Shown: piece after piece, positions 9,915 to 19,184 of the stretch
Layout of the letters: the number at the start of each line of letters is the position of its first letter
Numbering within the stretch: position 1 is the first letter of the stretch
Origin: Fidelibacterota bacterium
GTDB taxonomy: Bacteria; Fidelibacterota; Marinisomatia; Marinisomatales; JABMOV01
Assembly: GCA_046861395.1 (NCBI GenBank)
Contig: JBHHUC010000024.1
Location: 1 to 32,242 of the forward strand
Length of the DNA: 32,242 nt
Direction of reading: 5' to 3'
Position numbers and translations under genes: made by a program
The notes under the pieces: model-generated
The model's database searches: none
What the model was told of the DNA's origin: nothing
What the model saw: the letters and a program-made list of their open reading frames with translations, nothing else

Positions 9915-10904
9915 TCAGTCCAAACGCAAATTGGGAATAATATCGAAATCCAGAGGGGACTGCTGACCGGCCTTCAGTTTGATTTCCCCCAGATAGGAAA
10001 CCATGGCGGCATTGTCGGTACAATATTTGAAATCAGGGTAGAGCAAACGAACGGAGGATGGTAATCGGTCCGCTAGCGAGGCCCTCAGCCGTTTGTTCGC
10101 GGCGACGCCGCCGGCCACGACGGCGGTACTGACTCCGGCCGATTTTACAGCCTGGGACAGTTTATAGGTCAATACGTCCACTATGGCCTTTTCATAACTG
10201 GCGGCGATGGTAGCCAGATTGTATTGTTCCTGGTTTTTCGATTCTTTCATAAAATACAGCAGCGATGTTTTAAGACCGCTGAAACTGAATTCATAATTAC
10301 CCGGCTTCATAAAAGATCGGGGGAATTGAATGGCGTTTTCATCTCCCGTTTCAGCGGCCCGTTCAATGGCCGGTCCTCCGGGATATCCTAGGCCCAGAAT
10401 TCTGGCACCTTTATCAAAGGCCTCTCCGGCCGCATCGTCACGGGTATTCCCCAGCAGGACATAGTCCCCGACACCATTGACATTCCAGAGTTGAGTATGG
10501 CCTCCCGATACCAGCAGACAGATAAACGGAAATTCTAACGTGGGATCGGCCAAAAAGTTCGCAAAAATATGCGCTTCCAGATGATTGACTCCCACCACCG
10601 GCAGGTCCAATCCCAAAGCCAGACCCTTGGCGAACATGGCTCCTGTCAGCAGGGTTCCGGCCAGTCCCGGTCCCTGCGTGACGGCAATTCCCGATAGTCC
10701 AGATAAGGAAACGCCGGCCTGTTGCAAGGCCGTATCCACAATCGAATTCAACAGCCGTTCATGCTCCCGGGAGGCAATTTCCGGGACGACTCCTCCGAAC
10801 GAGGCATGAATCTCCTGGGAACTGATGACGCTGGCCAGAATCTGTCCTTTTGAGCAAACCGCCGCCGCGGTTTCATCGCAGGATGATTCTATCCCCAGAA
10901 TCAT
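9915..10904 (-). CDS. tsaD: tRNA N6-threonylcarbamoyladenosine transferase TsaD
   Basis: Motifs ILGIESSCDET, GGVVPEIASREH, HLEAH, SGGHT, DDAAGEAFDK and CTDNAAM. Confidence 0.97.
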   Translation of the reverse strand: MILGIESSCDETAAAVCSKGQILASVISSQEIHASFGGVVPEIASREHERLLNSIVDTALQQAGVSLSGLSGIAVTQGPGLAGTLLTGAMFAKGLALGLDLPVVGVNHLEAHIFANFLADPTLEFPFICLLVSGGHTQLWNVNGVGDYVLLGNTRDDAAGEAFDKGARILGLGYPGGPAIERAAETGDENAIQFPRSFMKPGNYEFSFSGLKTSLLYFMKESKNQEQYNLATIAASYEKAIVDVLTYKLSQAVKSAGVSTAVVAGGVAANKRLRASLADRLPSSVRLLYPDFKYCTDNAAMVSYLGEIKLKAGQQSPLDFDIIPNLRLD

Positions 10905-11881
10905 TAATTGATTTCCTTCGTGACCACCAATTCTACATTACGGGGCGATAAATCCTGCCAGCGAATTTCAGCCGGAACGGTGACTCGCGGCTCATAGAAT
11001 TGAACCCGACTGTTCCATTGTTCTCGGAAATTCAGAGTTACTTGAATATCCTCCGGGCTGATGGATTCAATCCGCCGAACCCCGCCGATGACAGTCAGGG
11101 CAACGGTGCGGGGATTTACGAAGACCCGCAACCCGGCTGGGATGGAATCCACCTGGACGGGAATATCACTGATGATCCGTTCACTGAGGGCCTGGATATC
11201 GATGGAATAATCCACCGTAGTGTGGGACATTTCCAGAATGGGCAGGGGATTATGCAGGGCAATCGTTCCCTGTACCAGTGCCTGCAGCCCGAGTAGGGTA
11301 TCCGGCTCCGTCTCAACATAATGAATGGCTTGTACTTCTTCCTTGGCGCCGGCAACCTGAATCGCCGCAGGTAGAAATGTAATGGGGCCGACTTGAATGA
11401 ACCCGGGTAATACTTCGGAATATATCTTGGAACGTACCGGGACATCTTTGACCAGGTATTCATCCAGTATAATGTGAACGTCCCTGGGATGAAGGACTTC
11501 GATATATTCAATGTCCAGCGCATTGGGTATGACAACTTTATGCGGATAAAGAGCAAAATATTCATTCAATACAAAATCATACTCCTCCGAAATGACTTCC
11601 AGGTCAAGTACCAGTTTGAAGTCTTCATAGAAATCCTTAAGTAACCAGGCCTTGAACAAGGCCCGCCCCGTGCCGCCAAACCGTACCCTGGCCGTTTCTG
11701 GGACTTTTTGTTTCAGGGCTTTTTTCGCGCTGAGATTGCGGGCTTCCAGCGGAACATCGATCACCAGTGTAAAACGGTCATCGCTGACGACAAATATCCA
11801 TAACAGGAACGCCAGCGCAACCGACCCGATACGCAGGAAGATTGACTGGCGTTCGATGAATTGAGAGAGCCGGGTTAACAT
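10904..11881 (-). CDS. YbbR/CdaR-like domain protein
   Basis: N-terminal TM (SVALAFLLWIFV) followed by repeated YbbR-type beta domains (P..V.V.G motifs). SD GAGGAGG upstream. Confidence 0.75.
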   Translation of the reverse strand: MLTRLSQFIERQSIFLRIGSVALAFLLWIFVVSDDRFTLVIDVPLEARNLSAKKALKQKVPETARVRFGGTGRALFKAWLLKDFYEDFKLVLDLEVISEEYDFVLNEYFALYPHKVVIPNALDIEYIEVLHPRDVHIILDEYLVKDVPVRSKIYSEVLPGFIQVGPITFLPAAIQVAGAKEEVQAIHYVETEPDTLLGLQALVQGTIALHNPLPILEMSHTTVDYSIDIQALSERIISDIPVQVDSIPAGLRVFVNPRTVALTVIGGVRRIESISPEDIQVTLNFREQWNSRVQFYEPRVTVPAEIRWQDLSPRNVELVVTKEIN

Positions 11882-11906
11882 ATTCCCCGAAACCTCCTCA
11901 CACTAA

Positions 11907-13808
11907 CTATGACTCGGATTCAGATTCAGCGTCGGCGTCGGTTGTTTCCGCCTCGTTGAGTCCTTCCGGTATTTCTATTTTCTGTGTAGCCGGCGCTTCC
12001 TGAGAGGCCAGATATTCCTTGACTTCGTCAACTGGTTTATCCGCCACGCTGTTACTACCCAGTTGATCCACATAAAGGACCACTTTCTTTTCATCCGGTT
12101 TGACTTCCATCACGTTACCCGAGATCTTTTCTCCCGGTTTGAAGTCACGGAGCAGGGATTTCCGTTCCCGCTTCGATCGTTTTCCAAACGGAATGATACC
12201 TTCAACATCATGCTCAAGCTGAACGATGATCCCCTTGTCCAGGACGCGTATAATATCTCCCGTCACTTCCTTGCCGGTTTCAAAATACTTAATCAATTCC
12301 GGCCAGGGATCGTCCACAACCTGCTTCAGTCCCAGAGATATTCGGCGACTGTCACGTGAAACCTCCAGCACACGGACTTCCACTTCTTGTCCTTTTTCCA
12401 GGATTTCCTTGGGATGGCGAACCACTTTCGTCCAGGATAAATCGGAAACATGGATCAGGCCGTCAATGCCTTCTTCCAGCTCAACAAAAGCACCGAACTG
12501 GGTCAGATTCATAACCCGGCCCTTGCACAAACTGCCAACCATGTATTTTTCTTCAATCTTATCCCAGGGATCGGGCAATAACTGCTTCACACCCAGGCTG
12601 ATCTTCCGCTCTTCCGTATCGATGGACAACACGACGGCATCAATTTCGTCGCCCATGGAATACAGTTCGGATGGATTCTTGATATGGCGTGTCCAGGACA
12701 TTTCCGATACATGGATCAGACCTTCCACACCCGGTTCGATTTCAATAAAGGCACCATAATTCGTCATGGAAACGACTTTTCCGGTTACCGTTTCGCCAAT
12801 GGGATATTTATCTTCCATATTTTCCCAAGGATGTGGTGTCAATTGCTTCAAACCCAGAGAAATCCGTTTTTTCTCTTCGTCATAATCAATCACTTTCACC
12901 GTCAGCGTTTCATCTAGTTTCACCAGTTCGCTGGGATGATTGACACGGCCCCAGGACAAATCGGTAATGTGGAGTAATCCATCCACCCCGCCCAGATCGA
13001 TAAAGACACCGAAATCAGTAATGTTTTTTACACGACCCTCCAGGACTTCACCCACCTTGATTTTGGAAAATAATTCTTCCCTCTGTTCTTTCAGGCTTTC
13101 TTCCAGAATTACCTTTCGGGAAACGACGACATTCTTCCGGGCTTCATTGAATTTTACAATTTTGAATTCCAGTTCTTTGTCCAAGTATTCGTCAAAATCC
13201 TGAATCGGTCGCACATCGATCTGACTGCCCGGCAGGAAGGCCTGAACCACGCCGAGGTCAACAATCATACCACCTTTGATGCGACGGGAAATGGTTCCGG
13301 TGATCAAAGTATCATTTTCATAAGTTTCCCGCAACTCATTCCAACGTTTCATGAAATCAGCTTTGGATTTGGATAAAATGGTGTTGCCGCTGCGATCTTC
13401 AAGATGTTCCAAATAGACGTCCAGTGTTTCACCAATTTTGGGTGGTTCACCTTCACTGAATTCCGAGCGGTCTATGATTCCTTCCGATTTAAAACCAATA
13501 TCAATTAATACTTCCGTATCATTCATACCGATCACACGGCCGGTGATGACTTGATTTTCGGATATATCATGAAATCCGGCCAGATATTTTTCCTGTATTT
13601 CTTCTGAGATTTCACTAGACTCCTGAGCATGGTCTAATTCATCCCGGGATACAACCCGGACATTTTCAAATATTGCCGGATCTAAATAATTCTTGGTGGT
13701 TTCGACTGCTGGTGCCGGTTCCGATGAAGCCTGATCGGCACTGACAGCGGTATCCTGGGATACGTTTGCCTCTTCAGCAATCATTTCCTGTTCTTTCGTT
13801 TCGCTCAT
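11907..13808 (-). CDS. rpsA: 30S ribosomal protein S1
   Basis: Six S1 repeats (IDIGFKSEG, AFLPGSQID, GLLHITDLSW, GLIHVSEMSW, GLIHVSDLSW); follows cmk. Confidence 0.97.
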   Translation of the reverse strand: MSETKEQEMIAEEANVSQDTAVSADQASSEPAPAVETTKNYLDPAIFENVRVVSRDELDHAQESSEISEEIQEKYLAGFHDISENQVITGRVIGMNDTEVLIDIGFKSEGIIDRSEFSEGEPPKIGETLDVYLEHLEDRSGNTILSKSKADFMKRWNELRETYENDTLITGTISRRIKGGMIVDLGVVQAFLPGSQIDVRPIQDFDEYLDKELEFKIVKFNEARKNVVVSRKVILEESLKEQREELFSKIKVGEVLEGRVKNITDFGVFIDLGGVDGLLHITDLSWGRVNHPSELVKLDETLTVKVIDYDEEKKRISLGLKQLTPHPWENMEDKYPIGETVTGKVVSMTNYGAFIEIEPGVEGLIHVSEMSWTRHIKNPSELYSMGDEIDAVVLSIDTEERKISLGVKQLLPDPWDKIEEKYMVGSLCKGRVMNLTQFGAFVELEEGIDGLIHVSDLSWTKVVRHPKEILEKGQEVEVRVLEVSRDSRRISLGLKQVVDDPWPELIKYFETGKEVTGDIIRVLDKGIIVQLEHDVEGIIPFGKRSKRERKSLLRDFKPGEKISGNVMEVKPDEKKVVLYVDQLGSNSVADKPVDEVKEYLASQEAPATQKIEIPEGLNEAETTDADAESESES

Positions 13809-14476
13809 TCCTTGGGTTTCCCTTTTGTTGTTACTGTTTGTATGATGAAATCAACTTGTTCATCAATGGTTAACGATGATGTATCGATCTCTATGGCATC
13901 CGCTGCTTTTTTCAGAGGACTGTGATCGCGGGAAGAATCTTTCTTGTCCCGTTCATTGATTTCCCGGATTAAGGTTTCCAATGACCGCGATTCGCCAATT
14001 TGGTTCAGATCGTTCAAACGCCTTCTGGCCCGTGTCGTCACGTCCGCGACAATGTAGAACTTCCATTCCGCATCAGGAAATACGACCGTACCGATATCAC
14101 GCCCTTCGATCACACAATTCTGTTCCCGCCCCATTCGCCGCTGCAGTTTAACCATCTCCCGCCGCACAACCGGAATCGCGCTGCAGGCACTGACACGGTC
14201 CGTTACCCGTTTGGAGCGAATGGCATCGGAAATATCCCTGCCGTTCACCCTCACAATTGTTTGTCCCGCCTTCGTCTGCAAGGCGATATCAAGTTCGGCG
14301 ACGGCCTTACTGACCTGCGCCACATCGGTAAACGGAATTTTCTGTTCCAACAAGGCATAGGTGACTGCCCGGTACATGGCACCAGTATCCAGGTAAGTAA
14401 AGCCCAGTTTTTGTGCCACCAGGCGGGCCGTAGTTGATTTGCCGGAGGCAGCCGGTCCATCTATTGCGATAATCAT
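13805..14476 (-). CDS. cmk: Cytidylate kinase
   Basis: Motifs IAIDGPAASGKST, LDTGAMYR and EGRDIGTVVFPDA. Start is the ATG at 14476 or the GTG at 14485. Confidence 0.97.
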   Translation of the reverse strand: MIIAIDGPAASGKSTTARLVAQKLGFTYLDTGAMYRAVTYALLEQKIPFTDVAQVSKAVAELDIALQTKAGQTIVRVNGRDISDAIRSKRVTDRVSACSAIPVVRREMVKLQRRMGREQNCVIEGRDIGTVVFPDAEWKFYIVADVTTRARRRLNDLNQIGESRSLETLIREINERDKKDSSRDHSPLKKAADAIEIDTSSLTIDEQVDFIIQTVTTKGKPKE

Positions 14477-14502
14477 CAAATTCACTTCTCAATAAGCCTG
14501 CG

Positions 14503-14531
14503 AAATTAATTGAAAACCATACAATTACCAA
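14503..14531 (-). promoter_or_regulatory. Putative sigma70-type promoter of cmk-rpsA (TTGGTA-N17-TAATTT)
   Basis: Both hexamers read directly from the minus strand in the rluB-cmk gap; same architecture as other operon heads. Confidence 0.55.
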
Positions 14532-14570
14532 CGCTTTAAGATGAAATAAAAGGGAGAATTCATGCCGGTC

Positions 14571-15293
14571 TTACCGGGTTCGGGTAGTTTTCCCCACCCG
14601 CAGCAGATTCGCCACTTCTTCTTTGGTCAGTTCCCGGTATCGACCCGGCGGCAGATCCCCCAGCATGATGGGGCCGAATTGGATTCGGATCAGGCTATAG
14701 AGTTTGATATGTAAAAATTCAAAAATACGGCGGATTTCCCGTTTTTTACCATGATGGAGACAGAGGGTTACCTGGGACCGTTTCTTGACTGTTTTTTGTC
14801 GAATAACCTCTGCCCGTCCAAAGGTATTTTCCCCGATAAAGATGCCCCGTTTAATCTTTTGCACGGTTGCGTCGGATAGCCGACCTTCAATTTCCGCCTG
14901 GTATATTCGGGGGATTTGATTTCGGGGATGCATCAGTTTATTGGCCAAATCACCATCATTGGTAACCAGAAGCAGACCTGTCGTATCCTTATCCAGCCGT
15001 CCAATGGGAAACAGACGCTGCGATCCCGGCAGCAGATCTAAAACTGTTTTCCGTCCCTGTGGATCCCGCATAGTGGTGATATATCCCGCCGGTTTATGCA
15101 GAAGGAGAACGACTCTGTTCTCATCCGGAGTAACGACCCGACCGTCATAAGCCACGATATCTCCCGGACGGACCTGGTAGGCCGGATTTGTCATGACCGA
15201 TCCGTTGACAGTCACCGTTGCTGCCTGAATCAATTTATCCGTCTCGCGTCGGGAACCCACACCACTGCGGGCCAGGTATTTATTTAAACGCAT
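14571..15293 (-). CDS. rluB: rRNA pseudouridine synthase, RluB/RsuA family
   Basis: S4 domain (MRLNKYLARSGVGSRR), HKPAG, catalytic GRLDKDTTGLLL; follows scpB. Confidence 0.85.
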   Translation of the reverse strand: MRLNKYLARSGVGSRRETDKLIQAATVTVNGSVMTNPAYQVRPGDIVAYDGRVVTPDENRVVLLLHKPAGYITTMRDPQGRKTVLDLLPGSQRLFPIGRLDKDTTGLLLVTNDGDLANKLMHPRNQIPRIYQAEIEGRLSDATVQKIKRGIFIGENTFGRAEVIRQKTVKKRSQVTLCLHHGKKREIRRIFEFLHIKLYSLIRIQFGPIMLGDLPPGRYRELTKEEVANLLRVGKTTRTR

Positions 15294-15843
15294 CGATTTG
15301 GTTTTCTCCCGGATCCGAGGCTTCCAGATCTTTTAAATCGGTTAATTTGGGCATATCGGAAAGTTTATTCAAACCGAAATACTCCAGAAACTGGGGGGTA
15401 GTGGCATAGAGCAGAGGACGTCCCGGACTGTTGGACCGGCCTTTAATCTGGATCAGCTTGCGTTGTAGGAGTGTTTTCAATACACCGCTGCAATCCACAC
15501 CGCGGATGGATTCAATTTCAAACCGGTTCAGGGGCTGTTTATAGGCAATGATTGCCAGGGTTTCCAGGGCCGCCGGCGTCAACACCAAACGACCGCTCTT
15601 TTTCAGTAGTCGTCGTATCCAAACATCATATTCCGGTCGCGAAATCAGACGGTAGCCATGGGCTACCTGTTCGATAAAAAACGCATGGTTGTCCGCACGA
15701 TAGCGGTCATTCAGTTGCGCAACGACATCGCTCAGTTGCGGGGCTTCCGATTCAAACACCAGATTCACTTGTTGTTGAGTCAACGGGTCGGACGCTGCAA
15801 AAAGCAGTGCTTCGACGATATTCTGTATTTCCTGTTCAGTCAT
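15280..15843 (-). CDS. scpB: SMC-Scp complex subunit ScpB
   Basis: Motifs VEALLFA, AALETLAIIAYKQP, IESIRGV and GRPLLYATTPQFLEYFGL. Confidence 0.96.
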   Translation of the reverse strand: MTEQEIQNIVEALLFAASDPLTQQQVNLVFESEAPQLSDVVAQLNDRYRADNHAFFIEQVAHGYRLISRPEYDVWIRRLLKKSGRLVLTPAALETLAIIAYKQPLNRFEIESIRGVDCSGVLKTLLQRKLIQIKGRSNSPGRPLLYATTPQFLEYFGLNKLSDMPKLTDLKDLEASDPGENQIDAFK

Positions 15844-16568
15844 GATTTGTGAGCCACCAGGACCAGTTCCAGATCGTCAAATACCCGGGATTGGATAACG
15901 CGGATTATGGCCTGGCGCATGAGGTCCAGAATGGCCAGGAAGGTTACCACCATTTCCAGTTTAGAACCCAGTTTATTCATTAATTGGGAAAAGGTCTGCC
16001 TTCCATCTTCATTAAACCCAGCTAAAATGATTCTGCGTTGATCCTCAAGGTTAATATTCTCCCGCACCAATTCATAGGACTGAATAACCGGCATTCGTTC
16101 CATGGCGTGTTTGAAATAACGAGCAATTTCGTACAAACCGATATCCTTCAAATATACACTCGGATCATCTTCGCCCGGCGGGGCCGGATTAACCATCGAT
16201 CGGGGAAAATAAGGGCTTCGTTCTTCCAGGATGCCGTCCAGTTGCTTGGCAGCCTCCTTGTATTGCTGATATTCCAGTAATTTTTGCACCAAGTCCTGGC
16301 GCGGGTCCTCGAAGTCTTCATCCTCCCCGGCGGTAACCGGCAACAGCATTTTCGCCTTGATACGCATCAAGGTGGCGGCCATGTGGATGAATTCACCAGC
16401 ATTGGCCAGGTTCAGTTCCTTTATCCGGTCCAGGGTTTCCATGAACTCAGCCGTGATCCGTGCAATGGGAATATCGTAGATATCAATTTCATCCCGGCGG
16501 ATGAAGTACAACAGGAGGTCCAGAGGTCCCTCGAAATTCTCCAACTGTATTTGATATGTCGGCCTCAA
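15840..16568 (-). CDS. scpA: Segregation/condensation protein ScpA
   Basis: Motifs FEGPLDLLLYFI, DIYDIPI, EFIHMAATLMRIKAKMLLP and TFLAILDL. TTG start overlaps the trpS stop. Confidence 0.96.
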   Translation of the reverse strand: MRPTYQIQLENFEGPLDLLLYFIRRDEIDIYDIPIARITAEFMETLDRIKELNLANAGEFIHMAATLMRIKAKMLLPVTAGEDEDFEDPRQDLVQKLLEYQQYKEAAKQLDGILEERSPYFPRSMVNPAPPGEDDPSVYLKDIGLYEIARYFKHAMERMPVIQSYELVRENINLEDQRRIILAGFNEDGRQTFSQLMNKLGSKLEMVVTFLAILDLMRQAIIRVIQSRVFDDLELVLVAHKS

Positions 16569-17530
16569 TAATTCAACCCTATATTGGCTCGGGCTCGCTG
16601 CAGGTATTCATCCGCAACCTGGGCAGCTTTTTCGGCCCCTTGCCGGCATATTTCCGTCACATAATCTTCATGGGTAACCAGATATTCCCGACGTTCCCGG
16701 AAGGGTGCGAAGGTAGTCCAAACCCTTTCAAACAATTCCTTTTTAACATCCCCGTAACGTAAGCCCGGTGCGCGAAAGCGATTTTCCAGTTCCTCGCGGT
16801 CGGATTGATTCAGAAACAAGGCATAAAGCTGAAAAAGAGGTGAGTCGATAGGTTTTGGTTCCTCCACCGGCGTACTGTCGGTTACGATGGACATAATTTT
16901 TTTACGGATCACTTTTTCCGGAGCAAAGAGTGGAATAACATTGCCATAGGATTTACTCATCTTCTGCCCGTCCGTACCGGGAATCAATTGCGTGGTCAGA
17001 TCAATATCCGGTTCCGGAATAATAAAGGTTTCTCCAAAAATCTGATTAAACCGGCTGGCAATATCCCGGGTCATTTCCAGATGCTGTTTCTGATCTTTGC
17101 CCACCGGCACAATTTCTGCCCCGAAACAGAGAATATCGGCCGCCATCAAAACGGGATAAGTAAATAATCCCACGCTGGGGGTAATCCCTTTTGCCAGTTT
17201 ATCCTTGTAGGACGTGGCTCGCTCCAGAAGCCCTGTCCCGGTTACATTATTCAGGATCCAGGTCAGTTCAGTGACCTGCGGGACATCACCCTGTACCCAA
17301 AATGTGGTAATGTCAGGATCCAGTCCCAGCGCTAAAAAGTCCATGACAGCCTGGCGCGTATTTTCCTGTAATGCCACCGGATTATGGATGGTCGTCAGGG
17401 CATGATAATTGGCAATAAAACAGAATAAATCATTTTCTTCCTGATACCGGATCATCCGGGACATCATGCCGAAATAATTTCCCAAATGCAGGGAACCGGA
17501 CGACTGAATCCCACTTAATACTCGTTTCAT
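16565..17530 (-). CDS. trpS: Tryptophan--tRNA ligase
   Basis: HLGN (HIGH motif), YPVLMAADIL, VPVGKDQKQHLE and KMSKS. Confidence 0.97.
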   Translation of the reverse strand: MKRVLSGIQSSGSLHLGNYFGMMSRMIRYQEENDLFCFIANYHALTTIHNPVALQENTRQAVMDFLALGLDPDITTFWVQGDVPQVTELTWILNNVTGTGLLERATSYKDKLAKGITPSVGLFTYPVLMAADILCFGAEIVPVGKDQKQHLEMTRDIASRFNQIFGETFIIPEPDIDLTTQLIPGTDGQKMSKSYGNVIPLFAPEKVIRKKIMSIVTDSTPVEEPKPIDSPLFQLYALFLNQSDREELENRFRAPGLRYGDVKKELFERVWTTFAPFRERREYLVTHEDYVTEICRQGAEKAAQVADEYLQRARANIGLNY

Positions 17531-17545
17531 GTTTTTCTTTCCACC

Positions 17546-18085
17546 TTATGATTCCATGAACAGATAGGGTTTCCAATTGGCGGTAGCCCCGTTGACAAAG
17601 CGTTGAAAATAATGGATACGATTGGGGCGGCGGGGCTGGGTCCGGAGCGGCATGTGCGCTTCTTCTGGAGTGCGGTTGCTTTTTAACAGATTGCAACGGG
17701 GACAGGCCGTGACCAGGTTTTCCCAGGTATCCTGACCGCCCTGCTCTCGGGGAATAATATGATCCACCGTCAGGACGCCGCTCCGCTTACCACAATAGGA
17801 ACATTGATGATTATCACGAATGAAGATATTACGTCGCGACAGCACCACATCCATGCTGTTATAGCGAATATAACTTTTCAGTTTTATTACCGAAGGCATG
17901 GGCATGGTACGGGATGAAGAGTGTACTTTTTCCTGACGTTCTTCCAGTAAATCGACTTTATCCAGGAACAATAAACAAATGGCCCGTTTGACGGAGCAAA
18001 TGGACAGCGGAGCATAGTTGGCATTGAGCACCAGGGCCGGTCCGTTCAGGAGTGATCCGTTCAAATGATCAGAGGAGGGGCTCAA
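17546..18085 (-). CDS. HNH endonuclease (McrA-like, CxxC zinc-binding)
   Basis: LVLNANYAPLS N-terminus, RDNHQCSYCG, TVDHIIP, WENLVTACPRCNLLK. The start may instead be the TTG at 18064. Confidence 0.9.
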   Translation of the reverse strand: MSPSSDHLNGSLLNGPALVLNANYAPLSICSVKRAICLLFLDKVDLLEERQEKVHSSSRTMPMPSVIKLKSYIRYNSMDVVLSRRNIFIRDNHQCSYCGKRSGVLTVDHIIPREQGGQDTWENLVTACPRCNLLKSNRTPEEAHMPLRTQPRRPNRIHYFQRFVNGATANWKPYLFMES

Positions 18086-18830
18086 TGGATTGTACCTTCT
18101 GAATGGTTTTGGATAAGGCTAGGTTTCCTTCGGTATTGCCCCTTTCTATGGACTCTTCCTTGACAAACCCCTGGGCGTGTATCAGGGTATGATCGCCGGC
18201 ATAAATCCCAACATGGGTAATGCGTTCCGTACCGAAGAAAAATAAATCCCCTTGCAGCGCTTCATCTTCCCGGATGGGTTTCAATAATTCAGAATCAGCC
18301 TGTTGGCGCGAATCACGAGGTAGTTGAATACCGCAGAGGTGGAATGTCAATTGGACCAGACCGGAACAATCAAGACCGCAGGAAGACCGTCCGCCCCAGA
18401 TGTAAGGAATACCGATCAATCGCCGTGCTATTTTCAGAATATCCTCCCGTTTCGGGCCGTACGGTGATGATCCCAGGTTTCCCGTACAGACACCGGTCGT
18501 ACTGTCCGGCAGAGAAATGATACCATCATTACCAACCTTGACCTGGCAACCCAGGGCCAGAGCACGAACCGGAATTGAATCTTGTTCGATGGTGGCATAT
18601 AAATCCAGACATGTGGCATTGGCCGGATAGGGCGCATCGGAAAAAGTCCCCTGCCCGGTATTCAGCCAACCCTGGTATCCGTCAGGGAACTGGCATTTCA
18701 CCCAGGAATCTTTGCGCTCACAGACAATACAGGTTTCACCCAGTAATCCCTGGGAAACCACGGGAGAATTGAAATCCGGGTCACGATAGACATTCGCAAT
18801 TGTGCTGTTTATGATAAAATACTTCATCAA
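18069..18830 (-). CDS. NlpC/P60 (C40) peptidase with N-terminal SH3b-like domains
   Basis: GIPYIWGG, DCSGLVQ (catalytic Cys), LPRDSRQQ, HVGIY, IHA; SH3b-like segment VSQGLLGE...DGYQGW. No signal peptide, resembling YkfC-type enzymes. Confidence 0.9.
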   Translation of the reverse strand: MMKYFIINSTIANVYRDPDFNSPVVSQGLLGETCIVCERKDSWVKCQFPDGYQGWLNTGQGTFSDAPYPANATCLDLYATIEQDSIPVRALALGCQVKVGNDGIISLPDSTTGVCTGNLGSSPYGPKREDILKIARRLIGIPYIWGGRSSCGLDCSGLVQLTFHLCGIQLPRDSRQQADSELLKPIREDEALQGDLFFFGTERITHVGIYAGDHTLIHAQGFVKEESIERGNTEGNLALSKTIQKVQSIEPLL

Positions 18831-18858
18831 TGGGTATTCCCTATGGAATTGAAGCGGG

Positions 18859-18888
18859 AATTTATCCTGTCACCGTCGAGCATATCAA
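18859..18888 (-). promoter_or_regulatory. Putative promoter of the NlpC-HNH-trpS-scpAB-rluB run (TTGATA-N18-TAAATT)
   Basis: Both hexamers read on the minus strand about 30 nt upstream of the NlpC start. Confidence 0.55.
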
Positions 18889-18906
18889 GGTGGAAAGCCT
18901 TTATGG

Positions 18907-18942
18907 CCCGACACCGGTTTTTTGCAAAATTCGGTTGTCGGG
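18907..18942. repeat. Imperfect inverted repeat / hairpin in the divergent intergenic region
   Basis: CCCGACACCG pairs with CGGTTGTCGGG (one bulge) around TTTTTTGCAAAA, followed on the + strand by AAATTTTTT. Confidence 0.5.
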
Positions 18943-19004
18943 AAATTTTTTATTTCCTCTTTCCCGGCAATCGTGTAAAATTACACTGCTTTTTCACCTT
19001 GCTT

Positions 19005-19184
19005 GCGCTGACTAATATAGGGAATCTCGTGAAAATCGAGAGCAGTTCCCGCTACTGTAAACGTCGAGGACAGCATAGAGACCATTGATCGTGACACGAT
19101 TGAGAAGGGATGCTAATCCAATGAGACTGAGCCAGGAAACCTGATTAGTCGCACAGGACAATTTGACTTTCGGGACAAAGGTCA
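19005..19184 (+). ncRNA. Cobalamin (B12) riboswitch including the P13 kissing-loop hairpin
   Basis: P1 GACTAAT/ATTAGTC; AGGGAA; GTGAAAAT; AGCAGTTCCCGCTACTGTAA; ACCATTG...GAGAAGG; B12 box GAGCCAGGAAACCTG. The downstream hairpin 19164-19184 has loop CGGGA complementary to the L5 sequence TCCCG. It precedes a btuB-like gene. Confidence 0.95.

Noticed and set aside
9913..10023. N-terminal extension of the VWA ORF (start at 10023)
   Set aside because: It overlaps the tsaD 3' end; the ATG at 9912 right after the tsaD stop is more plausible.
12430..12990. Recurrent ~30-nt similar segments spaced about 260 nt apart
   Set aside because: They encode the S1 repeats of RpsA; not a CRISPR array or a DNA repeat element.
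17546..18085. HNH gene as a mobile homing endonuclease, an IscB/HEARO-like effector or a restriction system
   Set aside because: No RuvC domain, no room for a flanking ncRNA (15-nt gap on one side, overlap on the other), and no intron, terminal repeats or methylase.
18830..19088. Small + strand ORFs of 61 and 81 aa in the nlpC-btuB gap
   Set aside because: No recognisable motif, and they overlap the promoter, hairpin and riboswitch sequence; probably spurious.
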